Below, piece by piece: positions 1 to 12,483 of a DNA stretch of 64,000 bases. This DNA comes from Patellaria atrata CBS 101060 (taxonomy: Eukaryota). The DNA is taken from assembly GCA_010093705.1 (NCBI GenBank), contig MU006091.1, positions 1,364,001 through 1,428,000 of the forward strand, written 5' to 3'. The notes under the pieces are model-generated. The model was not told where the DNA came from. It was given only the letters and a program-made list of their open reading frames with translations, and did no database searches. Numbering within the stretch: the first letter of the stretch is position 1; each line of letters starts with the position of its first letter. The position numbers and the translations under genes were made by a program.

Positions 1-924
1 GAAGGGGGAGACGGATGGCAGGACGAAATATTTCTTCGCTCTGGTAAACCCCCTGCACCCTTCACCCACCGTAGCTCCCCAGCTTAACGATGGAATGATA
101 GTGCTTCCTGAGCATCCCGGCTCTGATATACCAAACCATGGTCCCGATATACACTCGCGCCGCCAAATTCGTCAACGCCTACGCGTTCGCCGCGGTCGAT
201 ATCCTGTATACCGTACGCCTCATCCACACAACCCACACAGAGCCCAAACTCGGAGAACAGTCACGCTAACACATGAGTACAGATCTTCTGGTTCTCCGCC
301 TTCGTAGCCGTGGCGACGTGGAACTCAGCCGGCATCCGCCAAGGCGCCCGCGACGCCAAAATCGACGAAGGCGACGGCAACTGCACGACCTTCGCGTACG
401 GCGAGGAGAGCAAATGCAACCTCAGCAAGACGACGGTCGGATTCGGCGTCGTGATCTTGTACCTACCCCTTTCCTTCCCTCCCCTATCTCCCCCTGACCC
501 CAAGCACTAACAACCCCCCAGCATATTCTTCCTCCTCACAACATCCATTTCCTCCTACTCCCTCCTCAAATTCCGCAAAGAAGGTTTCATCCCCGGCATC
601 TCCTCCGCCACGACCCCGCATCCCACGCCCGCGGGCATCGAGGCGCAGACTAAAGACGCCTGGTCGGCGGACACGCACGAGGACGCCGAGTTCGACGACG
701 GACGGCCCGAGCGCAGCGGTCGCCATGAGGAGGACGAGTATGCGCTTCTGCATAATGATGAGGAGGCGCACCCGGCGCGGCCGTTGAGTTGGGGGGAGGA
801 TAGACGCGGGGGGAGTTATGCGTATGGGGATGTGAGGAGGGTTGGTGTGAGGGTGAATGAGGGGGAGGGAGATGGAGGGTATGATGAGTATAAGAAGAAT
901 TATAGTTTTTCGGGACAGAGGTAG
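1..924 (+). CDS. MARVEL-like multi-pass membrane protein, 5'-partial, three introns
   Basis: Splicing GT-AG introns gives KGETDGRTKYFFAL|CFLSIPALIYQTMVP...FAAVDILYT|IFWFSAFVAVATWN...C...C...TTVGFGVVI|FFLLTTSIS...YSFSGQR*, with TAG at 922-924. The hydrophobic helices and paired Cys match fungal MARVEL proteins. Confidence 0.65.
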
Positions 925-1300
925 GAGGGGAAGGGGATAGTGTGGGATTTGGTTGATTTGGTTTGGTTTGAGATGCGGTTTAGCGGGTTTTTTTTTTTTA
1001 GGTGCTTGGGTTAGTTTGATTGGTGTATCTTAGCGAATGCATATCGGTATCGGGATTTGAGTTTTCTGCTATGTGGTAATTGGGTTATATTGGAATTTTG
1101 GGTATAGTACCATGTGAAAGCTGAATTGATTGGATATGTGGTTTGTACAGTTTCAGGACTGTGTGTGGGACTGGAGTAGAGACGAACTGGGTGTATGGAA
1201 TGATAGGTGATGTGAAATGACTGGCCTGTATCACCAGTTGATTTGGCCAAGCTCACTGATTTGTACAAAGTAGCTGACCTAATCCGAAATGGTTAATTTT

Positions 1301-1406
1301 CTGAGATGTACAATTCGGATGGTTCGTACAGTTTGGTTGATCCGTACAGTGTGGCTGATTCGTACAGTTTAGCTAATCGGTACACTTTGACTGCTCCGAA
1401 CAATTG
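1301..1406. repeat. 18-bp imperfect minisatellite, about 6 units
   Basis: Units include GGTTCGTACAGTTTGGTT, GATCCGTACAGTGTGGCT, GATTCGTACAGTTTAGCT and AATCGGTACACTTTGACT. Confidence 0.8.
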
Positions 1407-1766
1407 ACTGCTGGTATAAAATTCTTACGGGGTGTTTTTGTCTGAAGACGATACACTGTCTCTGTTGCCTTCGTTGCCTCCGTTGTGAATCCCTGGGTTC
1501 TATACGCTGATAGTATGGCGTACTTGGAACTCGGATTCTTTCTCGGCCTAGCGGAAATATTCGAAGTGTAATAGTAAACTAGGGGTGCGGTGAATGAAAT
1601 TACCATAAGGAACTCTCTAGCAGTATTAATTGCTTGATAAAACAGATACATCGTGGAGTAGGTTCTGGTTCCATTCAGAGATGAATGCCATTGACAGGGC
1701 CAGCACTTTGACAGTCGAACTAGAAGCGGAACAGTAGTTGAAAGGATCTATTATTTAAACAAGAGA

Positions 1767-2897
1767 TTATCTTTGTGACCCAGGAGTCACGGACTGCTCT
1801 GTAGAAGCTAACATTGACTTGATCGCTTCCGTCACGTCATTTTTAGACTTCGTAGTAGAAGGAAGTCCTGCCGGTTCTAATAAGAATAGGTGAGGGACTC
1901 CAGGGTAGACGTCCAGCTTGACTTTCACACTAGTGAGAGATTAGTACACCGAGTGTCGTAATCAGGAGCTCAAAATCACGCACCCAGCGGCCTTCAGTGC
2001 CTCTGCATAAGCGATACCTTCATCGCGTAGTACATCTCCTCCTGCTACTTGAATGTAGGTTGGAGGTAAGTTCGCATGAGACTCCGCCAGTAGCGGGGAA
2101 ACATATGGGTTGGCCCCTTGATCGGGTGCATATTCATCTATATTTTATCCGATTATCTTTCTTCATGGACCCTGGTGTTGATCTTCAAACTCACCCCAGA
2201 TATATTTAATTGCTTCCCCTGAGATACCTAGCTGGTCCCCCTCACTGTGAAGACTTTCCAGCTCATATTTGTCTTTTGGATGGTACCTGTAATGACAGGT
2301 ATTTGGAATAAGCAATATTTGACCCTTGATCTCTTTCATAGCTTCATCTCTAGCTTTCAGAGTGACAGCAGTAGCCAAGTTAGCTCCAGCACTTGAGCCT
2401 CCGATAAAAATCTTGGAGACGTCGCCACCAAACCTCGATCCATTCTTGATGGTCCATAGAAGTCCTTCAAAACAGTCGTCAAAGGGACCTGGAAACCGAG
2501 ACTCAGGTACGCGGCGGTAATCAATGCTTACAACCACGAAACCCAGACTAGTGGCCACCTTGATGAGTACGACCTCTGTATAATGGGATCCCAGACTAAA
2601 CCCTCCACCGTGGAAGATTAGGAACAAGGGTGCTTTGGTACCATCAGTACTTGTGAGGGATTCAAGATCTTTCCGGCGAAAGACTCGCGCTGTGACTCCA
2701 TCATTGTTGATTTTATGGTCTTTGAACGATACGCCAGGATAGGGATCTGGTATTCCGGCTTCCATTTGTTCCATTGCTGAACGCACATTGGTTAGAGACA
2801 TGCCTTCCATCGCTTTCATACCTGTTGCCTGAGGTGATACAAGCCATGCTTCCCATTCTTCACCCTTTTCACCGTAATGCGCACTCTTGAGACTCAT
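1767..2897 (-). CDS. Alpha/beta hydrolase, hormone-sensitive lipase (HSL/GDXG) family esterase
   Basis: HGGGF oxyanion motif and GGSSAG nucleophile elbow. After two introns it continues with LPPTYIQVAGGDVLRDEG and YPGVPH (catalytic D and H), with TAA at 1767-1769. Confidence 0.85.
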
Positions 2898-4112
2898 TGT
2901 AGGAGGGAGTAAACTGATTTCACGAACTGATATTTAGATTTATTGATATAATGGAAGAAATGAATATTGAATGGAACGCAGAGCCAGAATTTAAGGTATA
3001 TGATGAGAATCTTAAGCATACATGGATGAAGAGCCCCGCAGAGGGGTTAGATCGGTATACTGACGGCATTACAATACCTTATAGAGATTTCAGTCTGTGT
3101 GTTAAAAACATCCTGGATCCCTTTTCTTTCCTTCAGTAGTAAACCGTGACCATAGATATTAGTATATGTTGAGATCTCTCCCGAAATTGACATTCCAGTG
3201 AAATTACAACATGAAGTCTTGAGTCCATGAGCTCAGCAAGACAACATAAACGATTTTGGATAGTAAATGAGTAACTTGAAGAAGGGATTGGGCAAGGGGG
3301 GATGATGGAAAAGTAGGGATCACGTGCACCGACAAGCGAGCCGCACGGACCCGCACCTCTCAACCCACATCGAACCCAAATTTCTGAAGCGACACTCAGT
3401 AACGACAGCACAATCACCACACTTCGGACGCCTTGAACTTCGGTCACAATGCCGGTATGCAGCAACTTATAAGGTATCTCTACAAGCATCCAGATACTAA
3501 TGTTCTCTTCCGCAGTCCCACAAATCATTCCGTACAAAGCAGAAGCTCGCTAGAGCACAGAAGCAAAACAGACCAATTCCTCAATGGATTAGGCTCCGAA
3601 CGGGAAATACCATCAGGTTCGCACATTCCCCATCCCGAATACTCTCGCAGTCGGAAGTTAGTGAAATGGCAATGGGATAATGACGGGTTATGAAACAGGT
3701 ACAACGCGAAGCGACGACATTGGCGCAAGACCCGTATCGGCATCTAAATCAATCCATTTCTCTCTTTCCCTCGATTCTTACGATGTGTACTTGTCTGGAG
3801 CGGTCTGGCGGGACGTTAGTTGATTGAGAAATCTGCGGTTGAGAGAAAATCATAAGATGAGCATATCGGAAGTGGACATTAGGCTCATGGGTTAAGGAAG
3901 CAGGTTCAATCAAACGACTTGCCAAAAAATATCTGGCTCCCATACTATTCGACGTGACGATATGCAACTGATTCGTGATCTGGATTTCTTCCTGAATTTT
4001 TCGATCATACAGAGCTTACTCTATGCATTTACTCCATCCTCTCATTGACCAAAGATACCTCTTTGCCTGAATGAGGTATTGACCAACTGCGTCATTAACG
4101 CAGAGAATTATG

Positions 4113-5103
4113 TTATGAAGCTGGTGAAGAATGTTGCAACGCAAATTTAGGTGCCTGAAAGAGTATCAGTTGAATTCCGCTTGTTTACCAACTTCACTTA
4201 CATCAGCCGTGTCAACAACCAGACATCTTTCTTCATATTTCCCTAAGATGTCGTAAATTCGAACTCTCCCGTTATGAATGCTTAATACTGCGCTGGTCCC
4301 AGCATAATATACTTCTCCTTCATGCCCGCATCGATTTGCCATCACTAATACCATTGGTTGCTCTGATGTAATTTGTTTCAGAGGGTAAAACCTCTCTAGC
4401 CAATAAGCTAGTGTCTCAGTATCAGGATCAAATGGTCGTAATGCTAATTCATCAGGTGATAGTCTTGTAAGCCAAGCCATGGAAAGTACAATGAGGGGTG
4501 AATTGTCTGCAGCCGCTTTCCTAGCAAACTCATACTCTTTCCACGGTGACGTGAACTTGTAAGGATTTATGTCCATGCAGATTCCTAGTGAAACAAATCC
4601 CAAGTCACCAAGCTGGCCGTGAAAGAATTTCTCATCCCCTTCTTGTGCCCAAAGCTCGTCTGTATAGTAGAGAAAACTTTTGCGGTAGTTGTGAAGCACT
4701 CGTCCATCTGGTGAGACAGTGACTGTAGAGTTATACCGTGATCCTGTTGCCTCTGAAGCCAGTTCAGGATAGCCTACGGTAACGTGACATCCGTACCGTA
4801 CAGCTGATTCTTGAGCCCAGCGAGTTGAAGGACCAGCTGCTGTAGGTTCTAAGAAAGGTGTAATTTCTTCCAACGAAGAGAAATTGTATCCTTGATATCA
4901 GATTTAGCTTGATGGAACTGCTAAGTGATGATCTCAAGCAAGCAACGTCTTGATATCCTGAACATACCCGTAAAAGCCATTTCGGGTAGTACAAGCCAAT
5001 CAAGGGCGGTAAAGACTGTAGAATCCAGAACTCTCTCTGCTCTTTGCACATTCTGCTCAAACTTCCCCACTTCTGGCGCGAATTGGAGGCAGGCGATCCT
5101 CAT
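4113..5103 (-). CDS. NTA1: Protein N-terminal Asn/Gln amidohydrolase (nitrilase family, N-degron pathway)
   Basis: MRIACLQFAP, LVLPEMAFTG|YNF, YRKSFLYYTDE and GICMDINPYKF supply the Glu-Lys-Cys triad. Two introns. Confidence 0.88.
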
Positions 5104-5588
5104 AGTGAAGCGCAGATTCACCTGCCCCTATAGAGAACTGAAATTGATAACTAGGGGGAATACCGCAGCAAATGACTAGGATGAGAGTCTGAATAATTGC
5201 TCAAGCCATGGGAAATCCTCCTTGGGTAAGGTGAGATGGCGTTAGAAATGAAACCAGTTGTACAGTACAGAATTGTTCGAGAAGGTGAACACGGTGCTGA
5301 TATCAGATCAGTAAAAGGGATCTTCAAAACTTTCAGTGCACTTACTGCTAGAATATCACCGCTTCCCAGATATCAGAAGGGGATGCCGTGTTACTTGGCG
5401 ATCGTAGTTTGGCTGTTAAGGCACGATCGACGAATGAGGGTCAAAGCTTCTCTAGCTTTCTCTGTCATCATCAATGAGTTGATGATGCGACTCATTAGCT
5501 AGAGTTGAAGGAGGATGGAAGCCCTTGTCCAGTTTATAATAGCGTGGATGTCTCAGAAAATAATTTAACCGTTGACAAACTTATTTCA

Positions 5589-8326
5589 ATGGCAGGCAGA
5601 CGCTTGCTAGATGCCGCGAAACTTTTCAATGCCACTCGTTCAGTTGGTCGACAGCATATCACTCTACGGTCACAGCAGTACGACGTCTATAAGAAGACAT
5701 CAACCTTAGCGAAAGCAGTTAAGAACCAGACCGATCGCATTACTCTGACAGCTCAGGCTGCTATTGCTCTAGCGCAACGCTTTAACGAAACTGGACCCGC
5801 CTATTCTACTTCGTCCTCATCTCACAATGATCCCAATGCGCAAGATACGTCAATTCCTAGAAAGGAGACAGTCGAGAAGCATACATCCTCGAATGAGACC
5901 CCGCAGGGTATAATCCAAGATCACCATTACAAGAAGTCAGATGATAACTCGGTTGCAGAAGAGGCCCCGAAAGAGAGCATACATGTAAAGCAAGAGCAAG
6001 CAGAGAGGCATCCATTACCGGATGGGACGATACCACCAGTAGACTCAGAACTTGGGACATCATCCTCGGGGCGCGGCTATGATACCTTTGCTACACGGCC
6101 AAAAACAGAGCCGACCCATGAAAATCTGTCAAAAGAGCAGCATGAAGAGGATGATGGGTTGCGTCCGGTTGCGTCTGGAGAATCCACTATTCCACTCCCT
6201 AAAAAAATACACAATCTCTCGCCCGGTGAAGCCCGGCAGGCTCAACGTGAAGCCGAAAGTCAGATACCAGAGGTAGCAGCAGATGGAGAGGGTAATTTAT
6301 CCAGCTCTGGAGCGTATAACCAGGAAATGAGTCTAGGTGACGATGTATTTTCGGAGCGCTCAGAACATGTTTCCTCTAGCCAGTCGTCTTTACCCCGGAT
6401 GAAGATACCTAAGACTGGGGAGACTGTACAGGGTAGCGATGAGCACGTTCCTGAGAAGGGAATCAATGCTGATGTTTTCTACACGTCTAAACCTGAACAA
6501 AGTCAGGAGCAAGTTCCAAGTCAAGCTGCAGTTCCGGAGCAAGAAGAGGTTCTAGAAGGCGTAAATACCAATGTTTTCCATTCTCCGAAAGTCGCTCTAA
6601 TGCTCGGGGGGAAGTCTAAACCAAACCCGTATTCTGAGCTTAAGCTGAAGGGTGCGAGCAAAACACCAATTGATCAAACTAAAGTAGCAGCAGACCATGA
6701 TCAAGATACGTTCAATGTTAGGACATCTGAAGAGATTAAGCCTGCCACTCCGGAGACTGAAGTAGCTAAACGCCAGAAGAGCACATCTGAAGATGAGATG
6801 CATAGACTTGCGACGGATATAGCAAATGATACTGCGAAAGATCACAGCAATATTCAGGTATTTTACAGTAATCTTTATTACTCTTACTGTGCTGATGACT
6901 GACAGCATGGGCGTAGCACCCAGTAGAGGTACAAAGTCCATTAACACAATCGCCATACAAACTTCGAGAATCGAGAGTTCCGTCTTCTAGATTCGGTCGG
7001 CTTTGGGAATATGGTGGACTGGCAACGACTATGGCTTTTGGCGCTGTTGGCGAATCTCTACGAAGAGTCACAGGCGGCGGCTCTTCCGGAGGACCACTGA
7101 TTCTCAGTGAATCAAATATGGAAAGACTTGTCACCAAACTTTCAAGGATGCGAGGAGCCGCTTTGAAACTTGGACAAATGATCAGCTTCCAAGGTTTGTC
7201 AATTTCAATCCTTAGCTACCGAGGGATGCTAACAGAGTTAGATTTGAAGATGCTACCAGCCCCTATTCACGAAGTACTCTCTCGAGTTCAAGACAGTGCT
7301 GATTATATGCCCGCGTCACAGCGGAATAAAGTTTTAGCCAACAATCTTGGCGCTGACTGGCAAGATCTTTTCGAATCTTTCAACGACGTACCCATCGCTG
7401 CTGCTTCGATAGGTCAAGTACACAAAGCCGTGCTTCGCTCCTCGAAGCAAGCAGTGGCTGTGAAGGTGCAATATCCTGGTGTTGCTCAATCTATCGACTC
7501 TGACCTAAACAACCTATCCATCCTCTTAACCGCATCGAGACTACTACCAAAAGGTTTGTATCTCGACAAAACCATCGCCAATGCCAGGACCGAATTGGCA
7601 TGGGAATGTGACTACATCCGCGAAGCACACTATCAAATGAGATTTAAAGGAATCCTATCAGACGACAAAAAAGTATTCCGAGTCCCAACCGTCATCCCCG
7701 AAGCCAGCGGTAAAGAAGTCCTAACCGCCGAACTCATGACCGGCACTGCCGTCACTAAGATCCCGCACCTCACACAAGACCAGCGCGACTGGATCGGAAC
7801 ACACATCCTCCGTCTTTGTCTCCGGGAGATCTGCGAATTCAAATTCATGCAGACGGATCCTAACTGGACTAATTTCCTCTTCAACGAGAAGGATGAGAAA
7901 TTAGAGCTCTTGGATTTCGGAGCCAGCCGCGACTATCCGGACAAGTTCATCGGTCCGTATATTGGTGTCCTGACGGCCGCTGCACGCGGTGATCGAAAGA
8001 CGGTGGAGACTCTTTCTATTAAATTGGGATATCTGACGGGGCATGAGAGTAGAATCATGGTAGATGCGCATATCGCGTCCGTGCTTACGCTCGCAGAACC
8101 ATTCAAGACCGATGCCCCTGAGATCTATGACTTTAGGGACCAGACCATCACGGATAGGGTTAGGGGCCTGATACCTACGATGGTGAGAGAGAGGTTAAGC
8201 CCACCCCCGGAGGAAACGTACAGTCTGCATAGGAAGCTGAGCGGGGCGTTCCTGCTTTGTGCTAAGTTGGGGAGTAGGATAAAGTGTAGGGATATGTTCT
8301 TAGATGCTATTGAGCCGTTCGGATGA
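5589..8326 (+). CDS. COQ8: Mitochondrial ABC1/UbiB atypical kinase COQ8
   Basis: VPSSRFGRLW, RMRGAALKLGQ (KxGQ), AAASIGQVH, AVKVQYPG, MQTDPNWTNF and LLDFGA motifs. Introns at about 6858-6906 and 7194-7241. Confidence 0.93.
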
Positions 8327-8527
8327 AATTGGGTGCTTCTCGGAGGGAGGTTGTATATATATGGGTATTATAGAATGTATAGTAGATAAGAGACATGCTT
8401 CTCATTCTTCCGTACTGAGGGTACTAGACCTCGATATTCTCTTCCTTTCACGAGTATGCATAACCGTGCTTATCTTTAGCGATTAGAACAACGCCGATCC
8501 GCAGATGCGCTAGACAAACACCAACCA

Positions 8528-9856
8528 CTACATCTGAAACCTCGTCCTCGCCTTCTCACTCCGGGACCTCCACTCCCACACCTGCCCACTCGCCCTCTGA
8601 ACCCCCGCATCAACCCTCCTCAACTTCAACGTAAAGCTCGGCCCCAATTCCTGCAATCCGGCCCTAATATCCTCGACACCTTTAACCGCCTTGCCCGCCG
8701 CATCCACCACGCTCTTCTCGCTCGCCCTCTTCTCCCTAAACACGTACCGATGTCTGCGCAGGAAAATATAGTCGCGCTGATTATGCAGCGTGACGACCTG
8801 CCTGCCCTGCAGCTCCGGGTGAGCCGGAAACAGGGTTTTAAACAGATGCGCGGTTAGCAGGCCGAGCGGGGTGCGGAAGCCGTTGAGGATGAGCTCGGGG
8901 TAATGGTTCGTGGGGCGTCCGTGGCCGGGGATCCGGGACCCGGAAACGAAGGAAGTGAGGGTGAAGTGGAACATGGGACCGCTGGGGAGATGCACGATGT
9001 CGAGCCCGGAGGGGCGCTTTTGGTCTTCCATTAGGATTACAAGGGAGTGGAAACCCCGGGATGAGGCGAAGCGGGATATTTCGCAGATGGAGTATTTGTG
9101 GCTGTAGCGGTGGGAGGAGCGAGGGACGTAGTGGGAGCCGGGGAAGAGCGTGGTGAGGAGTTCGGCTTCTTTGTCTGGCGGGCGTTAGGATGAAAAAGGG
9201 GGGAAAGAGGGGGACTTACGGAGTGTGCTGTTTATGGAGGTTGTGATGAGGACTTTGGGTTCGGAGGGGGGTGGGGCGAAGAGGGTTGGGTATCTTTGAG
9301 CTAGCTTTTCGGGGGCGAGGTTGAGGTTTGTGCTTGTTGTTGAGCCGGAGGGGCTGGTTGCCCGAGGGTTTGGATTTGATGAGGCCGGACGCTTTTTGGG
9401 GTTTCTGGTGGTGCTGGGGTCGGATTCGGATGCGTCTGATTTTGGTTCTTCTTCATCGAGCATGCTGTCAACATCGTCGTCTTCCAATTCTGCATCTTCC
9501 TCCGCTTCAGATTCGGACAAAGCAGCATCTTCCTCGTCCTCCTGGGCTTCACCAACCTTCACCCTCTTTGCTCCCCTCAGAACATCCACACTCAATCCCA
9601 AATCATCCCCCTCATCACCACTGTACTCGTCCCATACTCGCTTCGAATCGATAGTTTGCGGGACATTCCGGGCCCGTCTCTCTTCACGCAAGGCCGGATC
9701 CCTATCTTCTTCCTTCTTGCGTCTGAACTGTTGTTCGCGCTTTAACGCCGCACGAGCGAGCTTTTGCTTTAAGTGGAAGTCCTTCCTCTTCTCCTTGTTG
9801 TTTGATCGAAATGGGAGTGCTGACTTTGAGGAGATTTTAATCTTAGAACTACCCAT
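8528..9856 (-). CDS. RPF1: Brix-domain 60S biogenesis protein Rpf1
   Basis: VPQTIDSKR, PKVLITTS, HLPSGPMFHFTL, PELILNGFRTPLG, QVVTLHNQRDYIFLRRHRYVF and LQELGPSFTLKL. One intron at about 9175-9219. Confidence 0.9.
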
Positions 9857-10243
9857 GGTGCCCTGCGTTCTTTCCCTAGCTCTTTCTGTAGTTGATCTAC
9901 TTATTCCGAAGGAGATGCTATAGGAAATAACTTTATATCTGGTTCTGGGTCACCTGTAAAGGTTTGCCCTAAGATACTGCCAGTAAGGACTTATGAACAA
10001 CAGTCAGAACCTTTCTGAATGTTATAATCTGACTTATAAACTAACTTGTGGTGGTGAATTGGTGTATTATTATCAATCTCCGAGTTCCAAAAAGTTTTGG
10101 GTCAATCTACAAAAGTTTCCCCCGAAGTTCAACCGCCTCCGCAGTGTGCAACCATTCATGTGGGAGTCATCCAATTGCAGCTGTATATTAAAAATACCCA
10201 CTCTCACTACCTTCCACATTTCCTCTTTTCCCTCTCATCTTAT

Positions 10244-12483
10244 ATGCATCTTCCTCTTCTTCTCTTTCACTCACGGTGCAGGTCACAAATTCCAAAACTC
10301 CACTCTGGCATTTTCCAATCGCGTTCCCTCCACCGTACACCTGTCCTCCCCAGAGCTATCGTCCCAAACCGTTCAAACCCCCCACTATCCGCCAAAATGG
10401 CCACGACCACCAAAACCGGCCAGGCATTTGACCGGGCCTCCCTCGAATCCGTCCTCAAACGACGCCTCTTCTACACCCCCAGCTTCGAGATCTACGGTGG
10501 GGTCAGTGGGCTCTACGATTATGGCCCGCCCGGTTGCGCTCTACAGACCAACATTGTAGACGCATGGCGCAAACACTTTGTCCTAGAAGAAGACATGCTG
10601 GAGGTCGATTGCACGATGTTAACCCCCCATGAAGTGCTAAAGACGAGTGGGCATGTGGACAAGTTCGCGGACTGGATGTGCAAGGATCCGAAGACAGGGG
10701 AGATCTTTCGGGCGGATCATTTGGTGGAGGATGTGCTGGAGTCAAGATTGAAGGGGGATAAGGAGGCGAGGGGGCAGAAGATTGAGGCTAAGGGGGAGGA
10801 GGATGGAAAGAAAAAGAAGAAGAAGGTTAAGGAGGTTAAGGTTGTGAAATTGGAGGATGAGGTTGTTAAAGAGTATGAGGAGACTCTGGCAAAGGTATGA
10901 GTTGGAATACTACTACAATGGCAATTGAGGCTCACACGGTTCAGATTGACAATTACAATGGCGAAGAGCTCGGCCAGCTCATGAAGAAACACGATATCAA
11001 GAATCCTGCAACTGGTGGGGACCTCCAACCGCCAGTCGCTTTCAATCTCATGTTCTCAACATCCATCGGCCCCAGCAGTAATCTCCCAGGTTATTTACGG
11101 CCAGAAACTGCACAGGGTCAGTTCCTTACCTTTCAAAAGCTCCTGGAGTTCAACCAGCAATCTATGCCATTTGCATCAGCATCGATTGGGAAGTCGTTCC
11201 GAAATGAGATCTCTCCCCGCGCAGGCCTCCTAAGAGTACGAGAATTCCTCATGGCAGAAATTGAGCATTTCGTAGATCCGGAAGGCGGAAAGAAACATCC
11301 CCGGTTCGAGGAGGTCAAAGATGTCGAGCTCGCCCTACTTGACAGGGATGTCCAGTTGTCCGGTAGCACAAAGGTCACAAGGAAACCCATTGGGGAAGCA
11401 GTAGCGAGTGGATTGGTCGACAACGAGACACTTGGATATTTCTTGGCACGTATACAGCAGTTCCTAGAGAAAATTGGAATTGATAAGACCAAATTGCGAT
11501 TCAGACAGCACATGGCAAACGAAATGGCGCATTATGCTGCTGACTGCTGGGATGCTGAGCTTCTTACCAGTTACGGCTGGATCGAGTGTGTCGGCTGCGC
11601 TGACAGAAGTGCTTATGACCTTTCCGTACACGCCAAGAAGACCGGAGCGCCCTTAATGGTGCGTGAAATCCGCAAGGAACCGCTGCAAATTGAGGAGTGG
11701 GTGGCCGAAATCGACAAGAAGAAATTCGGCCCCAAGTTCAAGAAGGACGGGAAGACCGTCGAGACCGCGGTTGAGGCTCTTTCGCAGGAGCTAAGGGAAA
11801 AGCTTTCCTTGGACCTGAAAAACGAGGGCAAAATCTCGATCGCTGTCCCTAACGTCGGCGATGGAAAGGTCGAATTGGGGTCCGATTTGATTACGATCGA
11901 GAAGCGGTCGAGGGTGGAACACACACGAGAGTATATTCCGAATGTTATAGAGCCCTCGTTCGGGATCGGTAGGATCTTTTACGCACTGGTTGAGCATAGT
12001 TACTGGACTCGTGAGGGGGATGAAGCGCGTGGCGTAAGCTAAAGCTCTCCTATAAAGCAAGTCTTCCTTCGGTTAAGTTACTAACATGGTTTGCAGGTAC
12101 TTTCCTTCCCACCCACTATTGCACCAACCAAAGTTCTCCTTGTGCCTTTATCCTCTCATCCCGACTTTAAACCTCTTGTTAAGAGATTAAGCCACAAGCT
12201 ACGCGCAATTGGAGTCTCTAATCGTGTGGATGACTCCAATGCAAGTATTGGCAAACGATACTCGCGTAATGATGAACTGGGGACGCCGCTCGGCATAACT
12301 GTTGATTTCCAATCCGTGCAGGACAACACTTTCACGTTGCGAGACCGGGATAGCACTAAGCAAGTCAGATCGACAGAAGAGAAGATCTGCACAGCTATCA
12401 AGAACATCGTAGAAGGTGTTGAAACGTGGGAGCAGGTATCCAAACGGCTACCCGCATTCGAAGGGCAGCAGTTGGAGGATTAG
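10244..12483 (+). CDS. GRS1: Glycyl-tRNA synthetase; cytosolic start at 10397, presequence-bearing start at 10244
   Basis: [50 protein letters not shown] and the anticodon-binding domain ([12 protein letters not shown]). Two introns. Confidence 0.96.

Noticed and set aside
7194..7241. Apparent 16-aa insertion in COQ8 (and an 18-aa insertion in GCN2 at 18555-18608)
   Set aside because: These are ordinary stop-free introns with lengths divisible by 3 that the ORF track reads through. Both have donor, branch and acceptor signals.
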